DNA of 64,000 bases from Nitrosopumilus sp. (GCA_965219345.1 OZ244732.1:640001-704000), one strand, 5' to 3'; counted from the first letter of the stretch, positions 1 through 9,545 are shown. Program-made: numbers and translations. The notes: generated by a model not told the origin, from the sequence alone.

Positions 1-198
1 ATTCTTTACAAGAAATGTAACATCAAATTTTGCTTGATTATTTATGGTATCAACATCTCTTAGTTCTACATTTGTTAATTCAATCTCAACTTGCTCAATC
101 TGCACGGAATCTAGATTTCCATAGTAAAAAATTCCTCCCATCAAAGCCAGAACCCCAATTAATGCAGCATAAATTGTCATCTTGCTTTGAAGTGCCAT
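1..198 (-). CDS. Membrane-anchored LEA type-2/WHy-like protein, partial (runs off the window edge)
   Basis: Manual translation from ATG 198: MALQSKMTIYAALIGVLALMGGIFYYGNLDSVQIEQVEIELTNVELRDVDTINNQAKFDVTFLVKN. N-terminal TM followed by a beta-rich domain resembling 34397..34954. Confidence 0.6.
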   Translation of the reverse strand, partial: MALQSKMTIYAALIGVLALMGGIFYYGNLDSVQIEQVEIELTNVELRDVDTINNQAKFDVTFLVKN

Positions 199-280
199 TT
201 CAATGCTATCAGATTATGTACAACTAAAAAAGGTTGTTAAGATCCAAATACATAATATTTGATTTAAAATATCATATTCC

Positions 281-778
281 ATGACTGTACTGGAGCAAGC
301 AATTCTTACTTGGATTCATCTTGTTGCAGCTGCAATATGGGTAGGCGGTTCACTTTTTATTGGTATTGTATTTTCTCCACTTTTAAAAACAATGACTAAT
401 TCTCTTGAAGAAAGAATGCAAATAATGATTCGTGTTGGAAGACGATTCAACATAATTGCTGTTCCATCATTAATTATTCTAATGGCAACTGGATTGTATA
501 GTTCTCATGTGTTGCTAGGTAAACCCGAACTTCTTGTTTCAACAAGTTATGGAACATTTCTAATTGTTAAGATAATTCTTGTTATTGTTCTAATAATTAC
601 ATATGCAATTCATGTTAGAGTAATTCGTAAGGACGTTGAAGAAAAAATTATGTTAAAGAAAATGTCAGAACCTCAAATTCAAAAATTAAGGAAAAAAATT
701 ATTATTCTTGGCGAAATCACAGTAGTTTTATCACTAGCAATCCTGTTTTTTGCATCTCTACTTGATGCTGGAATCTGA
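281..778 (+). CDS. CopD-family copper resistance membrane protein
   Basis: WIHLVAAAIWVGG and YG..LIVKIILV motifs; about 4 TM helices; same motifs as the CopD part of 54183..56963. Confidence 0.8.
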   Translation: MTVLEQAILTWIHLVAAAIWVGGSLFIGIVFSPLLKTMTNSLEERMQIMIRVGRRFNIIAVPSLIILMATGLYSSHVLLGKPELLVSTSYGTFLIVKIILVIVLIITYAIHVRVIRKDVEEKIMLKKMSEPQIQKLRKKIIILGEITVVLSLAILFFASLLDAGI

Positions 779-891
779 GACTCTATCAATAATTACTCTA
801 TATCCACGATCAATTTTTAGACAATTCATAATTATTTTCAATTACAACTCCTTGTGATAGTTTTTTAAAAAGAAATTTTCTATATTTCTAT

Positions 892-1386
892 ATGAACGGT
901 TTATTGATCGGAAGATTCCAACCTTTTCACTTGGGGCACCTTGAAGCATTTCGGTTTGCACTATCAAAAGTTGACAAATTATGGGTTGGTCTAGGCAGTT
1001 CCAATAAACCTTCACAAAAAAACGATCCTTTCTCTGCTGAGGAACGAAAAGAAATGATTCTAACTTCAATTGATGATTCAATGAAAGACAAAATTTCAAT
1101 CTATTTTATTCCAGATTTGGAAAATCATATCAAATGGATTGAAAAAATAGATACCATTGTTCCAAATTTTGATATAGTTTTTTCAAATGACGAACTAACA
1201 AAACATCTCTATTCAACAATATCTGTCCAAGTAATTTCTATTCCCTTTTTGAAAAGAGATGTGTTATCTGGAACCAAAATTCGTAATCTAATTATCAATG
1301 ATCAAAAATGGAATGATCTTGTTCCTGATGGCACAAAAAATTTTTTGATTAACATTAGTGTAAAAGAGCGTTTGAAAAATCTCTAA
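892..1386 (+). CDS. nadM: Nicotinamide-nucleotide adenylyltransferase
   Basis: GRFQPFHLGH (HxGH) and SGTKIR motifs. Confidence 0.9.
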   Translation: MNGLLIGRFQPFHLGHLEAFRFALSKVDKLWVGLGSSNKPSQKNDPFSAEERKEMILTSIDDSMKDKISIYFIPDLENHIKWIEKIDTIVPNFDIVFSNDELTKHLYSTISVQVISIPFLKRDVLSGTKIRNLIINDQKWNDLVPDGTKNFLINISVKERLKNL

Positions 1387-1428
1387 TTATAAATAAACCC
1401 CATATCTCCCTGTCATTGTCGATAACAC

Positions 1429-2577
1429 ATGGAATATCTTTCAATGCTTCCAGGTCCAACAAATGTACCTAATAGAGTAATGAAGGCAATGCTTGCACCC
1501 ATCATTAATCACAGAAGTGATGACTTTGTTGAATTATACACTGATGTTGTTGAAAAAACTCAACAAGTTTTTGAAACACAAAATGATATTGTAGCATTAT
1601 CTGCATCTGGAACAGGTGCAGTAGAAGCAGGAGTAATTAATCTAGTTAAAAAAGACGATAAAATCATAATTCCTGTAAACGGAGAATTTAGTAACAGACT
1701 ATCACAACTTATTGAAGGTCAGGGGGCTAATGTTATCAGACTTGAAACTCCACCAGGACAAAATGCAACTTTTGATCAAATAAAAGAAGCATTTGATAAC
1801 AATAAAGATGTTAAAGCATTCTATGTTGTCCACAACGAAACTTCTACTGGAACAATGGTAGACTATCTTGACAAAATATCTGACTTGACATCCAGAAATG
1901 ATGCATTCTATGTTGTAGATTCTGTTTCTTTACTTGGTGGTGTTGAACTTCCAGTAGATAAATGGAATATTGATGTGTGTCTAACTGGGGCACAAAAAGC
2001 ACTTGCTGCACCTCCAGGCATTTCTCCGATATCTGTAAGTGCTAAAGCCAAAAAATACATGATAGAAAATCCACCATCCACAATGTACTTCAATTTAGCA
2101 AGATACTTCCAATATTATGAAGAATCAAAGCATACTCCTTTCACTCCTGCATTACCTTTACTTTATGCGTATAGAGAAGCCCTAACAATAATGTTAGAAG
2201 AAGGATTAGAAAATGTCTATAAACGTCACAAGGTTTGTTCTGATGCATTGTACGCTGGGTTAAGTGCAATTGGTTTAACACCATATGTTGCAAAAGAAGA
2301 AGATCGCTCGATTTCTATTGTTGCATTAAATTATTTGGATGGACTAGAAGACAAAACTTTCAGAAACACACTAGCAAACAAATTCAAAGTCTTAGTGGCA
2401 GGTGGATTTGGAGATCTTAAAGGAAAGGTATTCAGAGTTGGATGTATGGGAGAAGTTAGTCCATATCATGTAATGAGAACTATTTCTGCAATTTCATCTA
2501 CATTAGCAATGATGGGATATGAAACAGATGCTAAAACAGGACTTAACACTGCAGAAGAAAAACTAAAAGCTCTCTAA
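1429..2577 (+). CDS. Class V PLP aminotransferase (serine-pyruvate/alanine-glyoxylate family)
   Basis: LPGPT, HNETSTG, VDSVS and GAQKAL (PLP lysine) motifs. Confidence 0.9.
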   Translation: MEYLSMLPGPTNVPNRVMKAMLAPIINHRSDDFVELYTDVVEKTQQVFETQNDIVALSASGTGAVEAGVINLVKKDDKIIIPVNGEFSNRLSQLIEGQGANVIRLETPPGQNATFDQIKEAFDNNKDVKAFYVVHNETSTGTMVDYLDKISDLTSRNDAFYVVDSVSLLGGVELPVDKWNIDVCLTGAQKALAAPPGISPISVSAKAKKYMIENPPSTMYFNLARYFQYYEESKHTPFTPALPLLYAYREALTIMLEEGLENVYKRHKVCSDALYAGLSAIGLTPYVAKEEDRSISIVALNYLDGLEDKTFRNTLANKFKVLVAGGFGDLKGKVFRVGCMGEVSPYHVMRTISAISSTLAMMGYETDAKTGLNTAEEKLKAL

Positions 2578-2738
2578 ACCCTGTTAACTTAATTATCATG
2601 AAGTGAATCTTTCGTGTTAACATTTTCCTGAATCATAGTTTATAGGATTACTTCTTTCTTAATTATTACAAGTTACTATAGAATCATACGTAAATAATTT
2701 TGTAATATGTTCATATACTCTAGACTGATCAAATTATC

Positions 2739-3409
2739 ATGGGCAGTATTCTAAATGATGTAAATACACTTATTGCAAAACGAGTAGGTGGTTCAGCAAG
2801 GCTAAAACACATCAAAGAGACTTGAAAATAATAAACAATTGTATGATTCTGATCGTAAATATTTGGATGAATTAATAGGAAAACATCTCTTTTCAAAGAC
2901 TCAATTTGAGCATGATTCTCCCCCAAATAATATCGAACAATCTGCAAATAAGCCATCTAATCCTAAAACTGAGAATAATCCAAAACCAGAAAACAATCTT
3001 GAAAATAATCCCAAAACTCAAGAATCATTTTGTGGAAATTGTGGAGCATCAAAAGCTAAAGAACATGATTTTTACAAAGTGTGGACAACAAAATAATTCC
3101 AATTTTCAAAAATCTAAAAGAAGCAACTTTTGGTATCTACTTCCAATAGTTTTTGGTATTGCTGGTGGATTGATTGCTTATCTTGTTTTGAGAAAATCTG
3201 ATTCAAAAAAAGCAAGAAACTGTTTGATTATTGGTGTTGGTCTTACTTTAATTGGTTTATTCATTTTGTCGGCTGTTGATTTTTTCCCAAATGATAGTAA
3301 TAATGTTGATTTGGGTAATGAGGATTGGGTTGAAGAATACTGGGCACAACATCCAGATGAAGATCCATGTAATGATCCAACTGCTAGAGCGTTTGGATTG
3401 TGTGGATAA
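2739..3409 (+). pseudogene. Zinc-ribbon membrane protein with two frameshifts
   Basis: MGSILNDVNTLIAKRVGGSARLKHIKET, shift near 2822, ENNKQLYDSDRKYLDEL...FCGNCG...F, shift near 3072, TKCGQQ... followed by two TM helices. The three frames join into one double-zinc-ribbon membrane protein. Confidence 0.7.
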
Positions 3410-4017
3410 TGAGATTTGCAATAATTATCGCAATAGCATTTGTTTTATTGATTCCAACCACTGTTTTTGCACAATCATCAAGTCAAGACGATAACTGTCC
3501 TATTGGAACAAAACCTGTGGTTAAAGGTACAACGATTGAATGTGTCCAAATCAGTAATGTGAAAAAAACTTGTCCTGACGGAACTTATCAAGGCAAAGAT
3601 AATCAAGGAAATTTTGCTTGTAGAGATATCAAATCAAACCAAATTGTTGATCCTAATACTGGACTCATGTATGATTCTCAAACTGGTGAAATGATTCTTG
3701 ATAACGATCAATCAACGTATGTTGGAATTGGTATTCTTATTTTGATTGTAATTATAGGGGGAATTATTGCCATATCTCGTAAAAAAACACCTTACAAGGA
3801 TTTACCTAGAAAACATTTTTCAGATTCTATAAAAGAAGAAGTATTGCGAAAACAAAATCATAGATGTGCTGATTGTAATCGTGTTTTAGATGTAGTAGAT
3901 TTCGATCATATTGATGCTGATAAAACTAATAATGATATTTCAAACTGTCAAGCTCTTTGTCCAAACTGTCATGCTAAAAAAAGTAGAAATGAACGAAGTA
4001 TAATGATGAATAAATGA
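3409..4017 (+). CDS. Membrane-anchored HNH endonuclease with signal peptide and Cys-rich external domain
   Basis: Signal MRFAIIIAIAFVLLIPTTVFA; TM VGIGILILIVIIGGIIAI; C-terminal CADC..DFDHID..N..N..LCPNCH. ATG overlaps the upstream TAA. Confidence 0.8.
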   Translation: MRFAIIIAIAFVLLIPTTVFAQSSSQDDNCPIGTKPVVKGTTIECVQISNVKKTCPDGTYQGKDNQGNFACRDIKSNQIVDPNTGLMYDSQTGEMILDNDQSTYVGIGILILIVIIGGIIAISRKKTPYKDLPRKHFSDSIKEEVLRKQNHRCADCNRVLDVVDFDHIDADKTNNDISNCQALCPNCHAKKSRNERSIMMNK

Positions 4018-4120
4018 AATCTGCATCATCTCTAGGAAGTTACCATATTAATTTTATCAAAAATATCCACAGATACAGTAAAGTTGGATAATCATCTTAT
4101 AAATAAGAATATTGGATAAT

Positions 4121-4246
4121 CTATTCAGTATTCTTTTTTGTTTCTAAATTCACATTTGATTTTACAACGTAACTCAGAAGATTCTTCTCACAGTTGAATA
4201 GATTCTTTGCATTTGATTTTAGGTTTGAACTGTCCTCTCTAGTCAT
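4121..4246 (-). CDS. Possible 41 aa hypothetical ORF
   Basis: MTREDSSNLKSNAKNLFNCEKNLLSYVVKSNVNLETKKNTE, just downstream of 4295..5290; no motif. Confidence 0.2.
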   Translation of the reverse strand: MTREDSSNLKSNAKNLFNCEKNLLSYVVKSNVNLETKKNTE

Positions 4247-4294
4247 CTTGGTAAACAAAGTAGGAAGATCTTACTAATAACAATAACGTTGAAC

Positions 4295-5290
4295 CTATAT
4301 TTTTAGAACTATACCTAGAATAGCTAAGGATATAGGAATAAAGAACCACCATTTGAATTTCTCACGTACATCTAGATTGTGAATTAATCCTGCTATTATC
4401 AAAGCAGCCCCCATAACTGCAATATCTATTTCTAGAATTTTTGTAGAAATCAAATCTAAATCAAATATGGATGGTATCCATGAACAATTCTCATTCATAG
4501 GATAACATGATTTTGATAACATCGTAACAAGTGGCGCAATAATCAATATACTGAGAATACCTTTCACAAATGATTTGGTTTTCTTAGTAGGTGTAAAAGA
4601 ATAATTCATTGAAGTTTTTGCTGATGATCTTGGATTAACTCTGATTGCAATAGAATCTGAATATTTATTATAATAAATTGTATCTCCCTTTTCATTTTTC
4701 CAACCTTTAGAATAATCTTTCTTAAATTCTTCTCCCGAACTATCATTAATGGTAATTTTCTTCTTATCAAATTCATAATCTTTTGGTGGTATTATGATAT
4801 AGAAAACCTCATGGTCAGAGACTGAAAGAAATTCAAGATCAAATGAAGTGTTAATATTTTCTTTTTCTGCATCATATTCCATAGTAATAACTCTAGAATC
4901 ATTAGGATAGAATTTTTTATCATGTGGTAATTTTATCCATAAAAGAAATGTTCTGTATTCTTGTATATCTTCTAAAAGAGATGTAAGCGATGTTATAATA
5001 TTTTCATCTTCAGATTCATCTAAAGTTTCTTCAATTAGTGCAATAGTGTATTTGTTAGTAATCAAAGGAAGTTTTGTTCCATCTGAATCATAGATTTTGA
5101 GATTTGGTAATAATTTTGTAACTTTAATGAAAATATTATCAACTCCATCCTCATTGTCTGTTCTTGAAATTAAAGTAAATTCACGTTTTAATTTCCTACT
5201 GTCTATTGTAACATGATCTATAAAGAAACGTTCTCTTAAAATTTCAATTTCTGTTCCTATTATGTTAGATGAATTAGAATTATCTGACAT
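4295..5290 (-). CDS. Hypothetical protein with a soluble N-terminal domain and about 3 C-terminal TM helices
   Basis: Intact 331 aa ORF with a hydrophobic C-terminus; family not recognised. Confidence 0.7.
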   Translation of the reverse strand: MSDNSNSSNIIGTEIEILRERFFIDHVTIDSRKLKREFTLISRTDNEDGVDNIFIKVTKLLPNLKIYDSDGTKLPLITNKYTIALIEETLDESEDENIITSLTSLLEDIQEYRTFLLWIKLPHDKKFYPNDSRVITMEYDAEKENINTSFDLEFLSVSDHEVFYIIIPPKDYEFDKKKITINDSSGEEFKKDYSKGWKNEKGDTIYYNKYSDSIAIRVNPRSSAKTSMNYSFTPTKKTKSFVKGILSILIIAPLVTMLSKSCYPMNENCSWIPSIFDLDLISTKILEIDIAVMGAALIIAGLIHNLDVREKFKWWFFIPISLAILGIVLKI

Positions 5291-5293
5291 TTT

Positions 5294-5410
5294 TTATATC
5301 TCCGTGGATAAAATTATTGCATTTGAAATTTTTTCATGACTGAAAACCGTTACTACGCCATTGCGTTTACGGATATCAATAATTGTATTTTCTATTTGTG
5401 AATTGGCCAA
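5294..5410 (-). pseudogene. ATP-cone N-terminal fragment (38 aa)
   Basis: TTG start; ANSQIENTIIDIRKRNGVVTVFSHEKISNAIILSTEI* matches the ATP-cone pattern I.KR.G....F...KI..AI. Confidence 0.55.
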
Positions 5411-5643
5411 TAATAATCTCCCGCAGTGGTTAGAAAGAATACGGGTATTAATGGTTCTACAGTTTTTTCTTAAAGTTCAGTTCAATAATATTGACACCAT
5501 TACTATGAAGTTCATACAGACATAACATTGATCGCATATAACGATGATCGCAATGTCGAAACTGTTCAAAAAGTTTTAAAAAATGTCTGTAACTAGTTTT
5601 TTCTTTTTGAATTTTAGATTACATATAGAATTTTAATAAAAAA

Positions 5644-5913
5644 TTAGAGATCTATATTGCAGTTCATACAATATAGAGATCCATTTTTCATTCTATCTTG
5701 ATATTTTTTAGGATGCTTACATTCAGGCACAATTTGTGTTCGTAACATCTTTAAAATTACAAGTTCTGATTCTAGATTTTTTCTTATTAATTGAGCAATT
5801 TCAAACGGATCTTTTTGAGAAAATGATCTCTCTAATGAATAGATCTCTTCATGATGTTTGGTTTTCTCACATAGATAGTAATCTAGACGTTTGATCGCTT
5901 TTACTAAAGTCAT
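5644..5913 (-). CDS. Hypothetical protein with a C-terminal Cys/His putative zinc site
   Basis: 89 aa; ECKH...YCMNC. Confidence 0.6.
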   Translation of the reverse strand: MTLVKAIKRLDYYLCEKTKHHEEIYSLERSFSQKDPFEIAQLIRKNLESELVILKMLRTQIVPECKHPKKYQDRMKNGSLYCMNCNIDL

Positions 5914-5966
5914 TAACTCATTAATTTCATCAAATGCTTAAGTTCATAATTCATGTAGTAGATTTA

Positions 5967-6437
5967 TTGAGTGATTACAAACCAAAGCATATAGTTTTTG
6001 ATAAAGACAAATTTGTAGAAGAAAGAGTAAATCTTGGTGGATTAGCTCAAGTAGGAATGAATACTACTGGCGGAACTGACATCGATTAGGTAATTGAACA
6101 TAGGGGAGGATTCATCATAATGGAAAACAAGACTTTCTCAAAAGATTGGATAAGTATTCCAATAGGTCAGATACTTACTTTTGAACAAATGTATAAGAAA
6201 TTAAATGCAGATGGAAAATGTCATTTCCTTATTTTTGGACTAGAGAATGATATTGATTGGACAAATTCTGATTCTGAAATGTGGTATTTTGAGATGGAAG
6301 ATTGGAATAATGGAAAGATTTGTCCTAATAGAACAATTTCGTTCAAAAAATACGGTGTTCATAAACGAGAAATGACCAAAATTACAATTAAAGAATATAG
6401 AGATCTGATGGAAAAATATTGGAAAGAATTTGAATAA
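5967..6437 (+). pseudogene. PD-(D/E)XK-like nuclease interrupted by an in-frame TAG
   Basis: Frame open from ATG 5934 or TTG 5967: ...GGTDID*VIEHRGGFIIMENK...; TAG at 6087-6089 is in frame with ORF 6120..6437. Confidence 0.5.
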
Positions 6438-6606
6438 GATTTATAATTTCTTTTTCAAGAAATTTTCAAATTTTTATGTGTGGATCCGATTATACCATTA
6501 CAGGTTTTATTGCTCGTGGAAATATGCCTGTTAATTTGATATTATCTGTAGTCAGTTTGATTTGAATCGTAATCTTTAATCATCATAGTCACTTGATAAC
6601 AATTCT

Positions 6607-6813
6607 ATGGAGTTTAAGGATAGAGTATGTTGTGTGTGTGATAAACACAAGAAATTTCTTGCACGTATCAACGCGGGTTAAAAACTCTATTGTATGCAAT
6701 GTTAGGCAAAAATTACCAAAGAACATGGTCAGGGATACTGGAAACCTTGTTCTTTTGAAGAATTCCTAGAGGCACCATCATCTGCCATTAGAAACAAATA
6801 CGAAAATTGTTAA
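6607..6813 (+). pseudogene. Small zinc-finger protein with two internal stops
   Basis: MEFKDRVCCVCDKHKKFLARINAG*KLYCMQC*AKITKEHGQGYWKPCSFEEFLEAPSSAIRNKYENC*. Confidence 0.4.
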
Positions 6814-6822
6814 TACCTATTT

Positions 6823-7656
6823 TTAACAAGAACTTCTTCTTGCTATTTCATCAATGATATTTTTCAACATTAATCGAAGATCACTACCTTTTGAATAATT
6901 ATTTGAATATATTCCATAATTTGTTCGTCTTCCTCTTGCAAGTTCGTATGTTCTTTTTGGATTTTGTGTACCCATTATTCCAATGCAATGTCCACCATTA
7001 CTTCGTACTGCAGAAAAACATGGAATATCACTAGGTCCATCTCCAATATAGATCATATTTCCAAATGGTATTCTACGTTGTTCATTTTTTATTGAATCAT
7101 TTACTAAATATGGATATTTACGTAGATTATCTTTATCAATTCCTTTGTTAATTGCATAAAGAAATTTTGTTTTTTCTGTAAAAGTCACTGTCGAACTTAT
7201 TGCATTGTATTTTCCAGTTGTAGAATCTATACTATAATTAGCTGCAAAAATATCTTTGAATTGTTCTGCAAATAAACAACCTTTCACGAGATCTTCTATT
7301 CCTGCAGAAATTATGTATCCTTCAATATTGATTCCAGATTTAATGCAATCAGGATCATTTGAAACATATTTTTGTAATTCTTTAATGAAAACATTAACAC
7401 CATTATACGGTTTGATTTTTTTTGCGAGTTTTTGCATTTCCTTAGGATTATTTTGCTTAATTTTTCCATTTTTCATTAGCCTCAAAATTTCATGAAGATA
7501 TGCTTGCGGTGGATCCCAGCCTTTTTGGATAAAATTTTCATCTATATCTTTCCAGAATTCCTTTAAATCAATTTTATTTTCTTTGAGCAAAAATTCAGTA
7601 GTATCAGAAACTAATGTTGCATCACAATCACAAATTATAGCAACAGTATTGTGCAT
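6823..7656 (-). CDS. HAD-superfamily hydrolase
   Basis: Motif I DCDATL, motif II IISAG, a conserved K, and motif IV YIGDGPSD. Confidence 0.85.
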   Translation of the reverse strand: MHNTVAIICDCDATLVSDTTEFLLKENKIDLKEFWKDIDENFIQKGWDPPQAYLHEILRLMKNGKIKQNNPKEMQKLAKKIKPYNGVNVFIKELQKYVSNDPDCIKSGINIEGYIISAGIEDLVKGCLFAEQFKDIFAANYSIDSTTGKYNAISSTVTFTEKTKFLYAINKGIDKDNLRKYPYLVNDSIKNEQRRIPFGNMIYIGDGPSDIPCFSAVRSNGGHCIGIMGTQNPKRTYELARGRRTNYGIYSNNYSKGSDLRLMLKNIIDEIARRSSC

Positions 7657-7980
7657 ATTCTCATTTTGTCATACATAATAAAAAACGATCCTAGAACCAA
7701 TATACTTAAAATCATAAGATAGGGTTTTGATGAATATGCCTTGGTAGAATCAGATCACAAATTGAACAGTGTCGAATTTTTGTGGAATTAAACTAGTTTT
7801 TTGAGATCCAAAACTGAACACTTGGATAAAATTTATCATGTCCCTAGTTTACAGCAATTTGGACAGATCCCGTAGATTGAACAGTGCCGAATTGGTTCCT
7901 GCGCGTGCGCCTGATCCATCGCAATTCCGGACGCGGCCAACAGAAGGAGGCCGAGCGCGACGTGTTGGTATTGCATGCCG

Positions 7981-9229
7981 TTAATCATGTTTTTCACCGC
8001 TCCTCACTTTGGCCGATTCTGGTATGTCTATTCTCTCAAGCCAGTCCTCGTCCAATTTCGAGATCTGGCCGATCCAGGCTATCTCGCCTGCAGTTGCCTC
8101 TATTGCGATCACCTGGGCCATTGAGCCACCATGGCCACCCCTCTCAACAAACGGAGGGTATTGGCAATATCCCACGAGCACAGTATAGAAAGGCACTCCG
8201 GCACGCATACCACGTCCAGCCAGTTCACCTTCATCAGCAGGTTCGAATGTGCACTTTTCTTCATCGTACAAATCCACATGCCTCATGGCAAAGTCAAAGG
8301 CAAGTTTTTCTATCTGGCTTGCTGGCAACAGGGTGCCTTCCTCATAATCATCAACCTGCAAGCCGCGAAATTCCAGTAGCAAGTACGGCTTGATGAAATC
8401 GTAATCGACGAAGCTCCAGACGCTCATGTTAAGCCAGCTTCCATACACAATTGTACCTGTACGTCCGCTGTTTAGTCCGAAGATTGGAAACCCTGCATTC
8501 TCCATGAGGGATCTGAGTAATTCGTCGCGCTCTCCGTATGGGATATTCTCGTATATCCTGTACTCTATCCTCGTTATGACATCCGGGTATTCCGAGTTTG
8601 ACCACGTACGGAACTTGTTGCCCATTTCGGTTACATATGTGACATGGCCGTATTCCGACCTGCTAACTGCCGGGAGGATCAGCTTGTCCCCGATTCCGCT
8701 TGCAAGGCGGGGCATGACGGTATTTACTGCCTCTTCCGTCAGGACCGGTAACCAGACTCCAGACGGGTTTGCCATTCTTTTTTCTACCCCGGACAGGGTT
8801 ATCTTGTTGTCTGCCACGTAGTAGAGCGGCTCGTACACGGATGTCAGGCTTTCATTTGCGGGGGGTGCATGGCCTGACACGGGCAGACTCGGGGACGTTT
8901 CAGATGCATCCGCGGGGGCACTTGGTTGTGCCGAGTCCGGGGTGCTGCCTGACTCTGGAGTGCCCGTTTTTTGTTCTGGTTGTGGCAACGCCTCCCATCC
9001 GCGCAGGACCAGTCTTTCTGCCGTGTCTGGATAGACGCATGCGATCGTGCCGCTGGGAGATCTTAGGAGGATCTTTTCATCATTGCACCGGACGTCGGCA
9101 ACTGCCACGCCCTGTTGCAGCTGCTTTAGGGGCGACGGCGCGTAAAGATGCGTCGGTGCCGCGTGTGCTGCCAGAGACCAGCAACACTGCCATCACGATG
9201 CAGAAAAGCGCGATAGTTGGGATGCCCAA
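7981..9229 (-). pseudogene. High-GC secreted hypothetical protein with a thaumarchaeal SPLKQ...ACV...RGW domain, frameshifted after the signal peptide
   Basis: The signal peptide (TTG 9229, GIPTIALFCIVMAVLLVSG) is out of frame with LYAPSPLKQLQQGVAVADVRC..SPSGTIACVYPDTAERLVLRGW. Shift near 9148; the remainder is ORF 7981..9108. Confidence 0.65.
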
Positions 9230-9406
9230 GGCCGCGTTTTGGGAAACGCGCGAAAAGTGATCACCATGATGACAAGTTGTGGAATGCATGGGAACCATTA
9301 CCATAATCCAAATTCAAAGTTAATAAGGAATTCTTCAATCGGTTCTGTAACATCTTCGGATGTTAGACATAAAATCAGATCTTATTCGTGTTAACTGCCG
9401 TCGCTT

Positions 9407-9545
9407 TTACAGAAAAAAGAATAGTGTTACCTTCAACCATCCGATTGCCCTCTCAAGAACATTGACATCCTCGTTGAATTTACCAATGCTAGAATTACAG
9501 CTTCCACATATCCGGCCCCTTATTTTCCTGTCTTGTGATTATGAT
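9407..9545 (-). pseudogene. Endonuclease VII-like C-terminal fragment
   Basis: HNHKTGK, 1 nt shift, RGRICGSCNSSIGKFNEDVNVLERAIGWL. Matches the DHxHxTGxxRGxLCxxCN..G...D...L..AI.YL pattern. Confidence 0.6.

Noticed and set aside
5934-6813. Stop-codon recoding (pyrrolysine or alternative code) in the island
   Set aside because: Interruptions include TAA and frameshifts as well as TAG, and core genes end in TAG normally; ordinary decay explains it.
7884-9260. Plus-strand ORFs 7884..8393, 8131..8379, 8426..8821 and 8769..9260
   Set aside because: Antisense shadows expected in GC-rich DNA; the minus-strand frame carries the recognisable motif.
7891-9300. Terminal inverted repeat around the high-GC insert (TGGTTCC/GGAACCA)
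   Set aside because: Only 7 bp match, with no transposase or clear target duplication.
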